64,000 nt of DNA from an uncultured Eubacteriales bacterium (GCA_964415195.1 CAYPYD010000001.1:327378-391377), one strand, 5' to 3'; shown: positions 18,816-28,766, counted from the stretch's first letter. Numbers and translations are program-made. The notes: a model not told the origin generated them from the letters alone.

Positions 18816-19835
18816 ATGAATAAAAAAGCTACCATAATGGATGTGGCTAGACTAGCAGGTGTGGGAAAGACAACTGTCTCCAGAGTATTTAACAAACCGG
18901 AGATGGCTGGCAAGGAAACTGTAGAGAAAGTCATGGCAGCTGCAAGAGAACTTGGCTACAGGCCAAGCCCTATTGCCAGAGCCTTAAATGACACTAAGTC
19001 TAGAACAATCTCTTTAGTAGTACCTAACGTAGAATCATCCACCATGGCCGAAATTATTCGTGGAGCAATGCAATACCTAACAGAAAGGAACTATAGCCTT
19101 CTAGTGTTAGATTCTAGTGAGAACTATGATACAGAAAGGGACTATTTCCATCTCCTACAAGAAAGAATGACAGATGGAGTTATCTTCTGCCATGGTAGCG
19201 CCAAAGAACGAATGGAAGCCCTACGTGATCTAATGCCGGTAGTCTTTGTAGAAAGCAGAGCAAAAAGATCTGATATAGACCAGGTACTAGTTGATGGGAT
19301 TGATGCTTATCGTAAGATGTTCTCCTATCTTTTAGCTAATGGTTTTTTAATGGAGGAGGTTGCTATAGTCTATGGTAAAGAAGATAACTTTTCCAGACTT
19401 CGTATTGGCCAATGTGGGAAGGTACTAGAGGAAATGGGACTGGAACTAAATCCTGATAATGTCCTCTATAGTAACTGGAGAGCAGAGGACGGTTATGATT
19501 CCATGAAAGTTCTACTTGGTAGGTTGAAGAGGCCAAAGGTGGTTATTTACCTATCTGACGTGATGGCCTTAGGTGGTATGAGAGCAGCCCATGATTTAGG
19601 TCTTAATGTACCTGATGATGTTAGTGTGGTTGGTTTTAATGATGCTAGGTTTAGTGCCTTTTATCAACCATCACTTACAACTCTTGACTACAAGCCAGAA
19701 CAGTTAGGAATTGCTGCTGCCAAACAGATTTTAAACAGGTTAAAAAATTCTGAACTACCTGTTCAGATTGATATTTTAACTACAGAATTACTGATTAATG
19801 AAAGTGTTAAGGAATTAAAAGGAAGAAGTAAGTAA
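18816..19835 (+). CDS. LacI family transcriptional regulator
   Basis: N-terminal HTH 'ATIMDVARLAGVGKTTVSRVFN' plus a periplasmic-binding-protein-like C-terminal fold; 339 aa. Confidence 0.9.
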   Translation: MNKKATIMDVARLAGVGKTTVSRVFNKPEMAGKETVEKVMAAARELGYRPSPIARALNDTKSRTISLVVPNVESSTMAEIIRGAMQYLTERNYSLLVLDSSENYDTERDYFHLLQERMTDGVIFCHGSAKERMEALRDLMPVVFVESRAKRSDIDQVLVDGIDAYRKMFSYLLANGFLMEEVAIVYGKEDNFSRLRIGQCGKVLEEMGLELNPDNVLYSNWRAEDGYDSMKVLLGRLKRPKVVIYLSDVMALGGMRAAHDLGLNVPDDVSVVGFNDARFSAFYQPSLTTLDYKPEQLGIAAAKQILNRLKNSELPVQIDILTTELLINESVKELKGRSK

Positions 19836-19854
19836 GAAAGAGAAGGTGTATTTA

Positions 19855-21006
19855 ATGAATAGATTTTTATTGCCAACAGAGGTTATTTCAGGTCCTGGTT
19901 GTCTAGTGGAGTTAAAAAGATTTGTTAAAGCTGGGGATAAGGTTGCCCTAATAACTGATAGCTCATTGGTAAAGTTAGGTCTTGCAGCTAAGGTTGTAGA
20001 GGTACTTGAAGGTATTGGTGCCAGTTCACAAATATTTGATGAAGTACCAGCTAATCCACATGCTGAGGTAGTTACTAAGTGTCGTGCTTTTGTAGAAGGT
20101 ATGGGTGCTAGTGTTGTTGTGTGTCTTGGTGGTGGTAGTCCTATGGACGTTGCTAAAGTTGTGGCTATGCTTGCAACTAATGAAGGTGAGTGGGAAGATT
20201 ATCAGTGGAACATGAAACAACCATCTAATTCACCACTTCCATATATTGCTATTCCAACTACTGCTGGCACTGGCTCTGAGGTAACAAAGACTTCAGTTAT
20301 TATTGATCGTAATACTAAAAAGGGCACTGGTGGGGATTTCTTTTTTGCTAAGGCTGCCCTACTTGATCCTGAACTTATGGTTAGTCTTCCACCTCATTTA
20401 ACTGCAGCTACTGGAATTGATGCCTTGACTCATGCAATTGAAGCATATGTAGGTAAAAACCATCAGGCATTTACTGATGCGCTTGCCTTGGAGGCTATTG
20501 CTATTCTTGCCGAATACCTACCAAGGGCTTTTGCCAATGGTGCTGATTTGGTAGCCAGGGAGAAGGTAGCGGTTGCTGCTGCAATGGCTGGTATGGCTAT
20601 GGATCAAAGTGGACTTGGTGTGGTACATGCTATGAGTGGTCCATTATCAAGTTATTATGATGTACCTCATGGTTTATCTAATGCTGTTGGTCTTCCTTAT
20701 GGTATGGCCTATAACCTAATTGCTGTACCAGAAAGATATGCTCGTATAGCAGAGGCCCTTGGTCTTGATGTGAGTAATTTATCTTTCCGTGAGGCTGCTG
20801 AGGCTAGTGTTCAAATGGTGGAAGAGCTTCTTGATGACTTGCAGATTCCAACTGATCTTAGTGATTATTTCATCAAGTATGGCGCTGATGATGGTGATAT
20901 CTTGAAGTTTGCTGAGGAGTCCTGTAAGATGTTCCTAATGAGGAATAACCCTAGAAATCCTCAGGTAAAGGATATTGAAGAGATATTTGAAGCTATATTT
21001 AAGTAG
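19855..21006 (+). CDS. Iron-containing (group III) alcohol dehydrogenase
   Basis: 'GGGSPMDVAKVVA' and the His-rich metal site 'HAIEAY...VVHAMSGPL...HG'. I prefer the ATG at 19855, which is better spaced from GAAGGTG than the GTG at 19846. Confidence 0.9.
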   Translation: MNRFLLPTEVISGPGCLVELKRFVKAGDKVALITDSSLVKLGLAAKVVEVLEGIGASSQIFDEVPANPHAEVVTKCRAFVEGMGASVVVCLGGGSPMDVAKVVAMLATNEGEWEDYQWNMKQPSNSPLPYIAIPTTAGTGSEVTKTSVIIDRNTKKGTGGDFFFAKAALLDPELMVSLPPHLTAATGIDALTHAIEAYVGKNHQAFTDALALEAIAILAEYLPRAFANGADLVAREKVAVAAAMAGMAMDQSGLGVVHAMSGPLSSYYDVPHGLSNAVGLPYGMAYNLIAVPERYARIAEALGLDVSNLSFREAAEASVQMVEELLDDLQIPTDLSDYFIKYGADDGDILKFAEESCKMFLMRNNPRNPQVKDIEEIFEAIFK

Positions 21007-21023
21007 AATTGATATTAATAAAC

Positions 21024-21061
21024 AAAAAACCAACTCTAAATTATTTGGGTTGGTTTTTTTA
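21024..21061 (+). terminator. Intrinsic terminator
   Basis: aaaaaaccaac ... gttggttttttt. Confidence 0.8.
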
Positions 21062-21232
21062 TTAATACAATTAAAAAAAATTCTATAAGATTGAATAATC
21101 TCAAGAAAAGAGCTTGCTAATAGGCTTGCTTTAACTAAAATCTAAAAAAATATGATTTTATCTTGAAATTGTTGGGTATATAGAACATAATAAAAAAGTA
21201 TAAAGAAAATTTGAAAAAGGAGGCATATCAAA

Positions 21233-23923
21233 ATGAACGACAACCTATACAAGCAGATACTAGACCAATCACCATTAGGATATGCTTATCACGAAATAAT
21301 ATTAGATGAACACAATAAACCTTGTGACTATAAGTTTATTGAAGTAAATAATGCCTTTGAAGACTTAACAGGACTAAAACGAACAGAGGTTATAGGCAAG
21401 AGGATTTCAGAAGTACTTCCAGAAATAAAAAACAGTGAATTTAACTGGATTGCACTATATGGGAAAATTGCAATAAACGGTGGCAGTGAAGAATTTGAAC
21501 AATTTTCTGCTGCTCTTAATAGATGGTACAAAGTAAAAGTATACTCGCCAGAAAAAGGTTCATTTATAACAGCTTTTAGCGATATTACAAATGAGCGTCA
21601 ACAAATAGAGGAACTATATAATCTGGCCGTAATGTCTGAAGAACTATTGGAAGGCATAAAGGAAGAAAATAGTTATCAAATAATTACTGATAATTTATTA
21701 GAAATATCAGAAGCTAAATTCATTTCTTTTAATCTATATGAAGAAGATGGCAAACACTATACAACCAAAATAATAGCAGGAGATAGAGGGATTGCCAACA
21801 AAGCTATGAAAATTATCGGTATGGAACTATATGAAAAAAAATGGCCTCATGATTCCTTAAGAGCAGAAAAAATAAAAGATAAAATGGTAACTCACTTTCT
21901 TAACTTACACGATTTAGCCGGGAAGGTTATACCAAAGACTGTATGCGATTTACTAACAATGAGCTTTGGCATTGGTGAGGTAGTTGTAGTTAAAATTATG
22001 AAAAACAATATTATGCTTGGTGATTTTACATTAATAATGCCAAAGGGTAAGGCTTTTAAAAAAGATAGTATTGTTGAAATATATGCTAACCAGGTAGGTC
22101 TGGCAATAGTTAATATGAGAGAAGAAGAAAAAATAATAAAAAGTGAAGAACAATATAGACTACTAACAACCCAGATGCAACTAGGCATGGTTCTTCATGA
22201 AATAATATGTGATGACCATGGTAATCCAGTAGATTATCGCTTTTTAAGTGTCAATGAAAGCTATGAAAAAATAACTGGTCTCTCCAGAGTAGATATCCTA
22301 GGAAAGACAGTATTAGAAGTCCTGCCAAAGACTGAAAAATATTGGATTGATTTTTATGGAAAAGTAGCACTGACTGGAAAAGAAGACCGTTTTGAAAATT
22401 ATTCTGCAGCTCTTGGAAAGTATTATAGTGTAGTAGTTTATTCCCCGAAAAAGGGACAATTTGCGGTTATTGTTGATGACATAACCGACAGAAAAGCCAT
22501 GGAAAAACAAATATTCAACGAAAAAGAACAATTTAAAACCACGCTTTTATCAGTTGGTGATGGTGTTATATCTGTAGATGCAAATGGTAAGGTACTGATT
22601 CTAAATCAAATTGCCCAACACCTAACAGGATGGACACAAGAAGAAGCCCTAGGAGAATCTATAGAGGAAGTTTTTCATATTATCAATGAATTTACTGGGA
22701 AAAGACGAGATAATCCAGTACAAAAGATTTTAGATAATGATGAAATTATTGAATTGGATAATCATACTATTCTGATTTCTAAAGATGGAACAAAAAGACC
22801 AATTGAAGACAGTGCAGCCCCAATAAAAGACGAGCAAGGAAATATTACAGGTGTAGTCTTAGTATTTAGGGATTTTTCAGAAAAGAAAAAAAGCCTTGAT
22901 GAAATCACTTATCTTAGTTTTCATGATCATTTGACCGGATTATATAATCGTAGTTTTTTTGATGCAGAACTAAACCGCCTCGATACACAAAGAAACCTTC
23001 CTCTGACTATTATCATGGGGGATGTTAATGGCTTGAAATTAATTAATGATACCTTTGGACATTCAGCAGGAGACGAGTTGCTGAAAAAGGTAGGAGGAAT
23101 ATTAAAGAGCTGTTGCAGGAGTGATGATATTATTGCAAGAGTTGGTGGTGATGAGTATTCTATTTTATTACCACAAACCGATGGTATAGAAGCTCAAAAG
23201 CTTATTAAACGAATTCAAGAATCAATGAAACATGAGAAAGTCAGGGATTTAGAGGTGTCTATTTCTTTTGGCTTGGCAACAAAGACTGAGGTTTCACAGA
23301 CTAAGGATTTCATTACTAAAAAGGCTGAAGACTATATGTACAGCAATAAACTATTTGAAGGACCAAGTTTTAGAGGTAGAGTAATTGACAATATTGTTAT
23401 GGCCATTAATGCCAAAAGCCCTAGGGAAGAGGCTCATTCTAAAAGAGTTTCAGCACTGTGTGTCGCCTTAGGTGAAGCACTGGAAGTAGATGAAGGAATG
23501 ATTAAGACCTTGAAAATATTTGGACTACTCCATGATATTGGGAAGATTGCCATAGCGGATGATATATTAAATAAACCAAGTGGATTAACTGATAGAGAAC
23601 ATTATGAAATAAAAAGACATTCAGAAATAGGCTACCGTATTTTAAGTACTGTAAATGATATGGCTGAGATTGCAAATTATGTATTATATCATCATGAAAG
23701 ATGGGATGGTACTGGTTACCCTAAAGGTATGGCTGGAGGCTCAATACCTTTAGCGTCACGAATTTGTACCATAGTTGATGCTTATGACGCTATGACTAGT
23801 GATAGAAGCTATCGACCAGCTATGACAGATGAATATGCAATGAATGAACTGCAAAAAAATGCAGGCACACAGTTTGATCCTTATCTTGTAGATGTATTTT
23901 TAAATAAGGTATTATATATCTAA
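21233..23923 (+). CDS. Cytoplasmic PAS/GAF-rich GGDEF plus HD-GYP c-di-GMP turnover protein
   Basis: Repeated PAS-like modules ('YRFLSVNESYEKITGL', 'LTGWTQEEALG'). GGDEF domain with variant 'RVGGDEY' (nt 23144-23158) and I-site 'RSDD'. HD-GYP domain with 'LLHDIGKIAI' and 'HHERWDGTGYP'. Confidence 0.85.
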   Translation: MNDNLYKQILDQSPLGYAYHEIILDEHNKPCDYKFIEVNNAFEDLTGLKRTEVIGKRISEVLPEIKNSEFNWIALYGKIAINGGSEEFEQFSAALNRWYKVKVYSPEKGSFITAFSDITNERQQIEELYNLAVMSEELLEGIKEENSYQIITDNLLEISEAKFISFNLYEEDGKHYTTKIIAGDRGIANKAMKIIGMELYEKKWPHDSLRAEKIKDKMVTHFLNLHDLAGKVIPKTVCDLLTMSFGIGEVVVVKIMKNNIMLGDFTLIMPKGKAFKKDSIVEIYANQVGLAIVNMREEEKIIKSEEQYRLLTTQMQLGMVLHEIICDDHGNPVDYRFLSVNESYEKITGLSRVDILGKTVLEVLPKTEKYWIDFYGKVALTGKEDRFENYSAALGKYYSVVVYSPKKGQFAVIVDDITDRKAMEKQIFNEKEQFKTTLLSVGDGVISVDANGKVLILNQIAQHLTGWTQEEALGESIEEVFHIINEFTGKRRDNPVQKILDNDEIIELDNHTILISKDGTKRPIEDSAAPIKDEQGNITGVVLVFRDFSEKKKSLDEITYLSFHDHLTGLYNRSFFDAELNRLDTQRNLPLTIIMGDVNGLKLINDTFGHSAGDELLKKVGGILKSCCRSDDIIARVGGDEYSILLPQTDGIEAQKLIKRIQESMKHEKVRDLEVSISFGLATKTEVSQTKDFITKKAEDYMYSNKLFEGPSFRGRVIDNIVMAINAKSPREEAHSKRVSALCVALGEALEVDEGMIKTLKIFGLLHDIGKIAIADDILNKPSGLTDREHYEIKRHSEIGYRILSTVNDMAEIANYVLYHHERWDGTGYPKGMAGGSIPLASRICTIVDAYDAMTSDRSYRPAMTDEYAMNELQKNAGTQFDPYLVDVFLNKVLYI

Positions 23924-23952
23924 AATATGAATAAACCAAAGGAGAGAAAATA

Positions 23953-24342
23953 ATGAAAGAAATAAAAAGCCTTGCCCATGTATGTATTTCAGTGAATGAT
24001 ATGGACGAAACACTGCAATTTTATCTCAATGTTTTAGGATGTAAATTAATAGATCGATTTCCATTAGACTGGGTTAATGTAGAATTAGCCCATGTGGAAA
24101 TAAACGGACAACAAATTGAATTTACACAAAAATCAGATACTCAACGTTTAAGAACAGACCGATGGGAAGTAGGCCATATCGCCTTTAAAGTATCTGATAT
24201 AGACAAAGTCGCAGAAAAATTAAGTTCTGTTTCAAATATTAAATTTATTGATGAAAAACCTAATGTTGTGAATGAAACTTTGACAACCTTCTTTATTGAA
24301 GGTCCAAGTGGTGAAGTTATAGAATTCATGGAATATAAGTAA
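23953..24342 (+). CDS. VOC/glyoxalase-family protein
   Basis: 129 aa. 'LAHVCISVNDMDETLQFY..VLG' and 'GHIAFKV.D' are typical of the beta-alpha-beta-beta-beta VOC fold. Confidence 0.65.
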   Translation: MKEIKSLAHVCISVNDMDETLQFYLNVLGCKLIDRFPLDWVNVELAHVEINGQQIEFTQKSDTQRLRTDRWEVGHIAFKVSDIDKVAEKLSSVSNIKFIDEKPNVVNETLTTFFIEGPSGEVIEFMEYK

Positions 24343-24377
24343 CACAACAAAATATTAATAAAAATTAATAATCATTC

Positions 24378-24406
24378 AAAAGCACCTTTGTTAAGGTGCT
24401 TTTTTG
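24378..24406 (+). terminator. Intrinsic terminator
   Basis: agcacctt tgtt aaggtgct followed by ttttt. Confidence 0.8.
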
Positions 24407-24545
24407 ACTTTAGCCTTTCTTTAAGTTGGTTAATGTTTAATTTAAAAAACTTTATATAAAATATATAAGGAAAATGTTATATAAATATGTTAGAATAAAA
24501 ACAATATGATTACTTTTATATTACATTGAGAGAGGCTCGAAGATA

Positions 24546-26570
24546 ATGGAAAACATACTTTATACAATAGGACTAATACTAGCAATACTATATTTGGCCA
24601 TGGGCCTTGACGATTTCCTGTGGGATCTCTATTCACTAACCAGAAGAAAAAAATACAAAAAAACAAGATTAGACTTTAAAGTATTAAGAACACCACCACC
24701 AAAACTACTAGCAATAACAATCGGAGCCTGGAATGAGGCGACTGTTATTGGAGATGTTATAGAAAACCTAATAACCTCAATACAATACCCAAAATCCATG
24801 TACCACCTCTTTGTAGGTGTATATCCAAATGACCAGGAAACAATGGATGTAGTAAAAGAAATAGAGAAAAAATATTCAAATATCCATATGGTAATTAACG
24901 AAATACCAGGACCAACAACCAAAGCCCAAAATATTAACTACGTAATAAAGAACATAAAAGAATACGAAAAACTAAAAAACTGGAGATTTGCTTCAATAAC
25001 AATTCATGATGCAGAAGATGTTATCCATCCTTATGAGTTAAGAGTAACAAACTATATGATAGACCACTACGATGGCCTACAATTCCCTGTATTTCCTCTA
25101 ATGGAAATGCCAAGATTCAGAAACTTTTTCAAAAACCTGACTGTAGGCACATATGCAGACGAGTTTGCAGAAAACCACTTCTCAACCATGGTAGGAAGGA
25201 CTAGTACAGGAGCATTTGTTCCATCAGCGGGAACAGGTTTTGTACTTTCAAGAAGTGCTATAGATTCCTTTAAAACTGATGAAATACTACCAAATGATAG
25301 CTTAACAGAAGATTATCGCTTATCTTTGACACTATTTGAACAGGGCTTGAAAATCCGTTATGTGTTAGATTTAATACCACGAGTAACAAAAGAAAATAAA
25401 ATAAAATTTGACTATGTTGCGACTAGATCAATGTTTCCGGATAACTTCAAAGCAGCAGTAAAACAAAAAACACGCTGGATACTAGGAATAACAATGCAAT
25501 CAGTACAACTAAAAGACGTATTCGCAAAAAGCAAACTAAACCTAATGGCAAGATACTCAATCTACAGAGACCTAAAAGCAAAGATAGGAAACCTTTTAGT
25601 ATTTGTGGGATACCCAGTGCTAATATACTTTTTCGTATCCCTATTTACACCACTAACACCAATATATCCTTACTTTTCCTTATCTTGGTACTTTAGTTTG
25701 GTGATAACCATAATGATGATAGAAAGACAGATATCAAGATCAGTAGCTATCTATAATGTATATGGATTTAGAAGCATGTTCTTTGCTTGCTTGCTTCCTC
25801 CAATTCTTCCTATACGAATAATTTGGGGAAATATAATAAACCTGTCAGCAACAATAAAAGCTTATATGCAAAGCATAACAGGCAAGAAAGAACAGAAAAA
25901 AAACAAACAAAAACAAAAAAAACTTGCCTGGAGTAAGACGGACCATACCTTCCTCCCAAAGGAAGTTCTTAGCAGATACAAAAGAACCTTCGGTGATGTA
26001 CTAATTGAAAAAGGCATACTTACCCCGGAAGAATTAAAAAAAGTACTAAATAAAAAACCGAACAACATCCAAATAGGCAAATACCTATTAGAAGAACAAA
26101 CTATAACAGAAAAACAACATCTAGAAGTACTATCACATATTAAAGGCATACAATTTGTTAATATGGGTGACTTCTCTAATTATGATTTATCATCACTAGC
26201 TCCAAAATTTGATAAAAAAGTATTAGAAGAGTTAATGGTATTGCCTATAGTCCATTCTGATGGTAGTTATGTAATAGCCTATTGTGAAAAGAGTCCGGAT
26301 AATGCTCAAACTATACTAAGAGAAAAGCTGGGAATAAATATATTGTCTGCCTTCACTACCGATGATATGGTAGTCCAAGGTATAAAGAAGATATATGAAA
26401 AAGACACATCACAATTTATAGAAACCATAGCCCACAAGTTACTGACAGAAAACAAAATCAGTGCAGAACAATATATAATTGTCTGTAACTATGCTATAAA
26501 TACCAATAAATTAGCTGATGAAGTTTTAAAAGAGATGGGCTTAAATGAGCAACAAGGAATGGTAAAATAA
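24546..26570 (+). CDS. Membrane-embedded processive family-2 glycosyltransferase (NrfB/PgaC-like synthase) fused to a C-terminal T2SSE_N/MshEN-like domain
   Basis: GT2 motifs 'HDAEDV', 'TEDYRLS' and the processive-synthase motif 'QKTRW'. Several TM helices after the catalytic domain. Lys-rich linker 'GKKEQKKNKQKQKK'. The C-terminal ~200 aa carry tandem 'FGDVLIEKGILTPEELKKVL' and 'QIGKYLLEEQTITEKQHLEVL' motifs and 'LPIV..DG..VIAY', as in the N-terminal domain of GspE/MshE ATPases. Confidence 0.8.
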   Translation: MENILYTIGLILAILYLAMGLDDFLWDLYSLTRRKKYKKTRLDFKVLRTPPPKLLAITIGAWNEATVIGDVIENLITSIQYPKSMYHLFVGVYPNDQETMDVVKEIEKKYSNIHMVINEIPGPTTKAQNINYVIKNIKEYEKLKNWRFASITIHDAEDVIHPYELRVTNYMIDHYDGLQFPVFPLMEMPRFRNFFKNLTVGTYADEFAENHFSTMVGRTSTGAFVPSAGTGFVLSRSAIDSFKTDEILPNDSLTEDYRLSLTLFEQGLKIRYVLDLIPRVTKENKIKFDYVATRSMFPDNFKAAVKQKTRWILGITMQSVQLKDVFAKSKLNLMARYSIYRDLKAKIGNLLVFVGYPVLIYFFVSLFTPLTPIYPYFSLSWYFSLVITIMMIERQISRSVAIYNVYGFRSMFFACLLPPILPIRIIWGNIINLSATIKAYMQSITGKKEQKKNKQKQKKLAWSKTDHTFLPKEVLSRYKRTFGDVLIEKGILTPEELKKVLNKKPNNIQIGKYLLEEQTITEKQHLEVLSHIKGIQFVNMGDFSNYDLSSLAPKFDKKVLEELMVLPIVHSDGSYVIAYCEKSPDNAQTILREKLGINILSAFTTDDMVVQGIKKIYEKDTSQFIETIAHKLLTENKISAEQYIIVCNYAINTNKLADEVLKEMGLNEQQGMVK

Positions 26571-27697
26571 TGAAGAAAATAAAAGTTTTCCTAGTCTTTG
26601 GCACAAGACCAGAGGCAATAAAGATGGCGCCCTTGTTAAAAGAAATGGAAATGCGTGAGGAGTTTGAGTGTGTCGTTTGCGTATCAGCTCAGCATCGCCA
26701 TATGCTGGATCAAGTTCTATCCTTTTTTAAAATAAAACCCCACTATGACCTTAATATAATGAAGGACAGACAAACACTTGATAGTATAACAGTAAATATC
26801 CTTGAACTTTTAACTCCCATATTAAAAAAGGAGAAGCCAGATATTGTCCTGGTTCATGGTGATACTACCACTTCCTTTGTTGGAGCACTAGCTGCCTTTT
26901 ATGAAAAAATAACCATAGGCCATGTAGAAGCTGGATTACGCACCTGGGATAAATATTCACCCTTTCCGGAAGAAGCAAACAGGATGATGGTTGATAGTAT
27001 TTCAGATATGTTTTTTGCTCCTACACAAAATAGTGCCGACAATCTAAGATGCGAAGGTAAGGAAAAGGGAATATATATTACTGGTAATACAGCAATAGAT
27101 GCTATGAAATATACAGTGCTTGATGATTATCATCATCCAATATTAGCTGAACAAAAAAACAATAGAATTATATTACTAACAGCACACCGTAGAGAAAATC
27201 TGGGAAAACCTATGGAAAATATTTTTGAAGCGGTTTTAAAGATTGTTAATGAGTATGAGGATGTTAGTGTTATTTATCCAATTCATATGAACCCTGCTAT
27301 TAGAGAAATTGCTGATAATATTTTAAGAGGACATAAGCGAATACAAATCATTGAACCACTTGAGGTTTTTGATTTTCATAATTTTATTGCTGGTTCTTAT
27401 CTTGTGTTAACAGATAGTGGCGGGATTCAAGAAGAAGCCCCTTCTCTTGGCAAACCTGTCCTGGTACTTCGTAATACTACTGAAAGACCAGAAGGAGTTG
27501 AATGTGGTACTTTAAAGCTTATAGGTACCAAAAGTGAAGATATATATGATAATATTAAATTGTTATTAGATAATAGTGAGGCATATGAGGAAATGAGCGT
27601 TGCCAAAAATCCTTATGGAGATGGTTTTTCATCTCGCTACATTGCTGATGCTATAAAGAAACATTTCAAAGAAAAAAGCTTGTTATTAGAAATATAA
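26570..27697 (+). CDS. wecB: UDP-N-acetylglucosamine 2-epimerase (non-hydrolysing)
   Basis: 'VFGTRPEAIKMAPL', 'VHGDTTTSF', 'HVEAGLRT' and 'TDSGGIQEEAPSLGKPVLVLR'. The start overlaps the GT2 stop (TAATG), implying translational coupling. Confidence 0.9.
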   Translation: MKKIKVFLVFGTRPEAIKMAPLLKEMEMREEFECVVCVSAQHRHMLDQVLSFFKIKPHYDLNIMKDRQTLDSITVNILELLTPILKKEKPDIVLVHGDTTTSFVGALAAFYEKITIGHVEAGLRTWDKYSPFPEEANRMMVDSISDMFFAPTQNSADNLRCEGKEKGIYITGNTAIDAMKYTVLDDYHHPILAEQKNNRIILLTAHRRENLGKPMENIFEAVLKIVNEYEDVSVIYPIHMNPAIREIADNILRGHKRIQIIEPLEVFDFHNFIAGSYLVLTDSGGIQEEAPSLGKPVLVLRNTTERPEGVECGTLKLIGTKSEDIYDNIKLLLDNSEAYEEMSVAKNPYGDGFSSRYIADAIKKHFKEKSLLLEI

Positions 27698-27720
27698 TTT
27701 TTGATAAATTAGAACTTAAA

Positions 27721-27753
27721 AGGGCATCTCAGTTATCTGAGATGCCCTTGTTG
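27721..27753 (+). terminator. Hairpin terminator (weak T-tract)
   Basis: agggcatctcag ttat ctgagatgccct followed by tgttg. Confidence 0.55.
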
Positions 27754-27837
27754 AACTTTTTTGTATATATAATCTAGAAAAATTTTGTTATGAACCTAAT
27801 ATAATGGTAATATAATAATAAATGACGGAGGTGAAAA

Positions 27838-28710
27838 GTGATAGAATACATAAAGAATAAAATTGAATCAATTCTTAACAGGATTAAGAAAAACCCTGCT
27901 GGAGGATTTATCTTTTCTCTGATAAATAACATAAATGCTGATCGACTGCCGGAACAAGCCGTTGTTATGACTTATTATCTTCTATTCGCCCTTTTCCCCT
28001 TCCTTATATTTGTACTTGGGATATTTTCATATACATCACTATCAATAGAAAACGTTTCGGAAGTTCTAGCTGCTATATTACCTAAGGAAACTGTTGAATT
28101 GATTCTAGGAACTGTTGGAGAAGTATTAAACAATAGTAATTTCACTCTTTACTCCTTTGCAATAATAGGAGCTGTCTGGAGTATGAAAATGGGAGCAACC
28201 TCACTTATTACAGGAGTTAATCGAGCTTATGGGGTTAAGGAAAATAGATCATTTTTAGTTAAACTTTTAATTGATATATTTGTTATAATCAGCATACCTC
28301 TATTTGCAGTAATTAGTTTTTTAATTGTTGGAATGGGTAGTTTGCTGATTAATCAGTTTGATATTTGGTTTGATTTGCCGATGGACTTATTGTCTACTCT
28401 TGCTACTTTAAGGTATTTAATACCGGCTATGATGTTGCTTGTTTATTTCACATTATTTTATAGATTCGTTCCTAATTTGAGACTTTCTTTCAGAAGGATT
28501 TTTGTGGGGGCTTTATTTACTACCTTTGGATGGATAGTTACTTCAATGTTATTTTCGGCTTATATTAACAACTTTGCCAACTATACCCTGATATATGGTA
28601 GTCTTGGTAGTATAGTTGCTCTACTTTTATGGATTAATTTAACCTGTATGATAATTTTAATTGGAGCCGAAATCAATTTCCTAATAGATGATGATAATAG
28701 CACTGAATAA
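27838..28710 (+). CDS. YihY/BrkB-family membrane protein
   Basis: GTG 5 nt after GGAGGTG. 'VMTYYLLFALFPFLIFV' and six TM helices, typical of YihY/virulence factor BrkB proteins. Confidence 0.7.
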   Translation: MIEYIKNKIESILNRIKKNPAGGFIFSLINNINADRLPEQAVVMTYYLLFALFPFLIFVLGIFSYTSLSIENVSEVLAAILPKETVELILGTVGEVLNNSNFTLYSFAIIGAVWSMKMGATSLITGVNRAYGVKENRSFLVKLLIDIFVIISIPLFAVISFLIVGMGSLLINQFDIWFDLPMDLLSTLATLRYLIPAMMLLVYFTLFYRFVPNLRLSFRRIFVGALFTTFGWIVTSMLFSAYINNFANYTLIYGSLGSIVALLLWINLTCMIILIGAEINFLIDDDNSTE

Positions 28711-28744
28711 AAGACATCCCGTAAATATACGAGATGTCTTTTGT
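28709..28744. terminator. Terminator between convergent genes
   Basis: aaagacatc ... gatgtctttt. Confidence 0.6.
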
Positions 28745-28766
28745 AATATTAATTATAAATTTTTTA

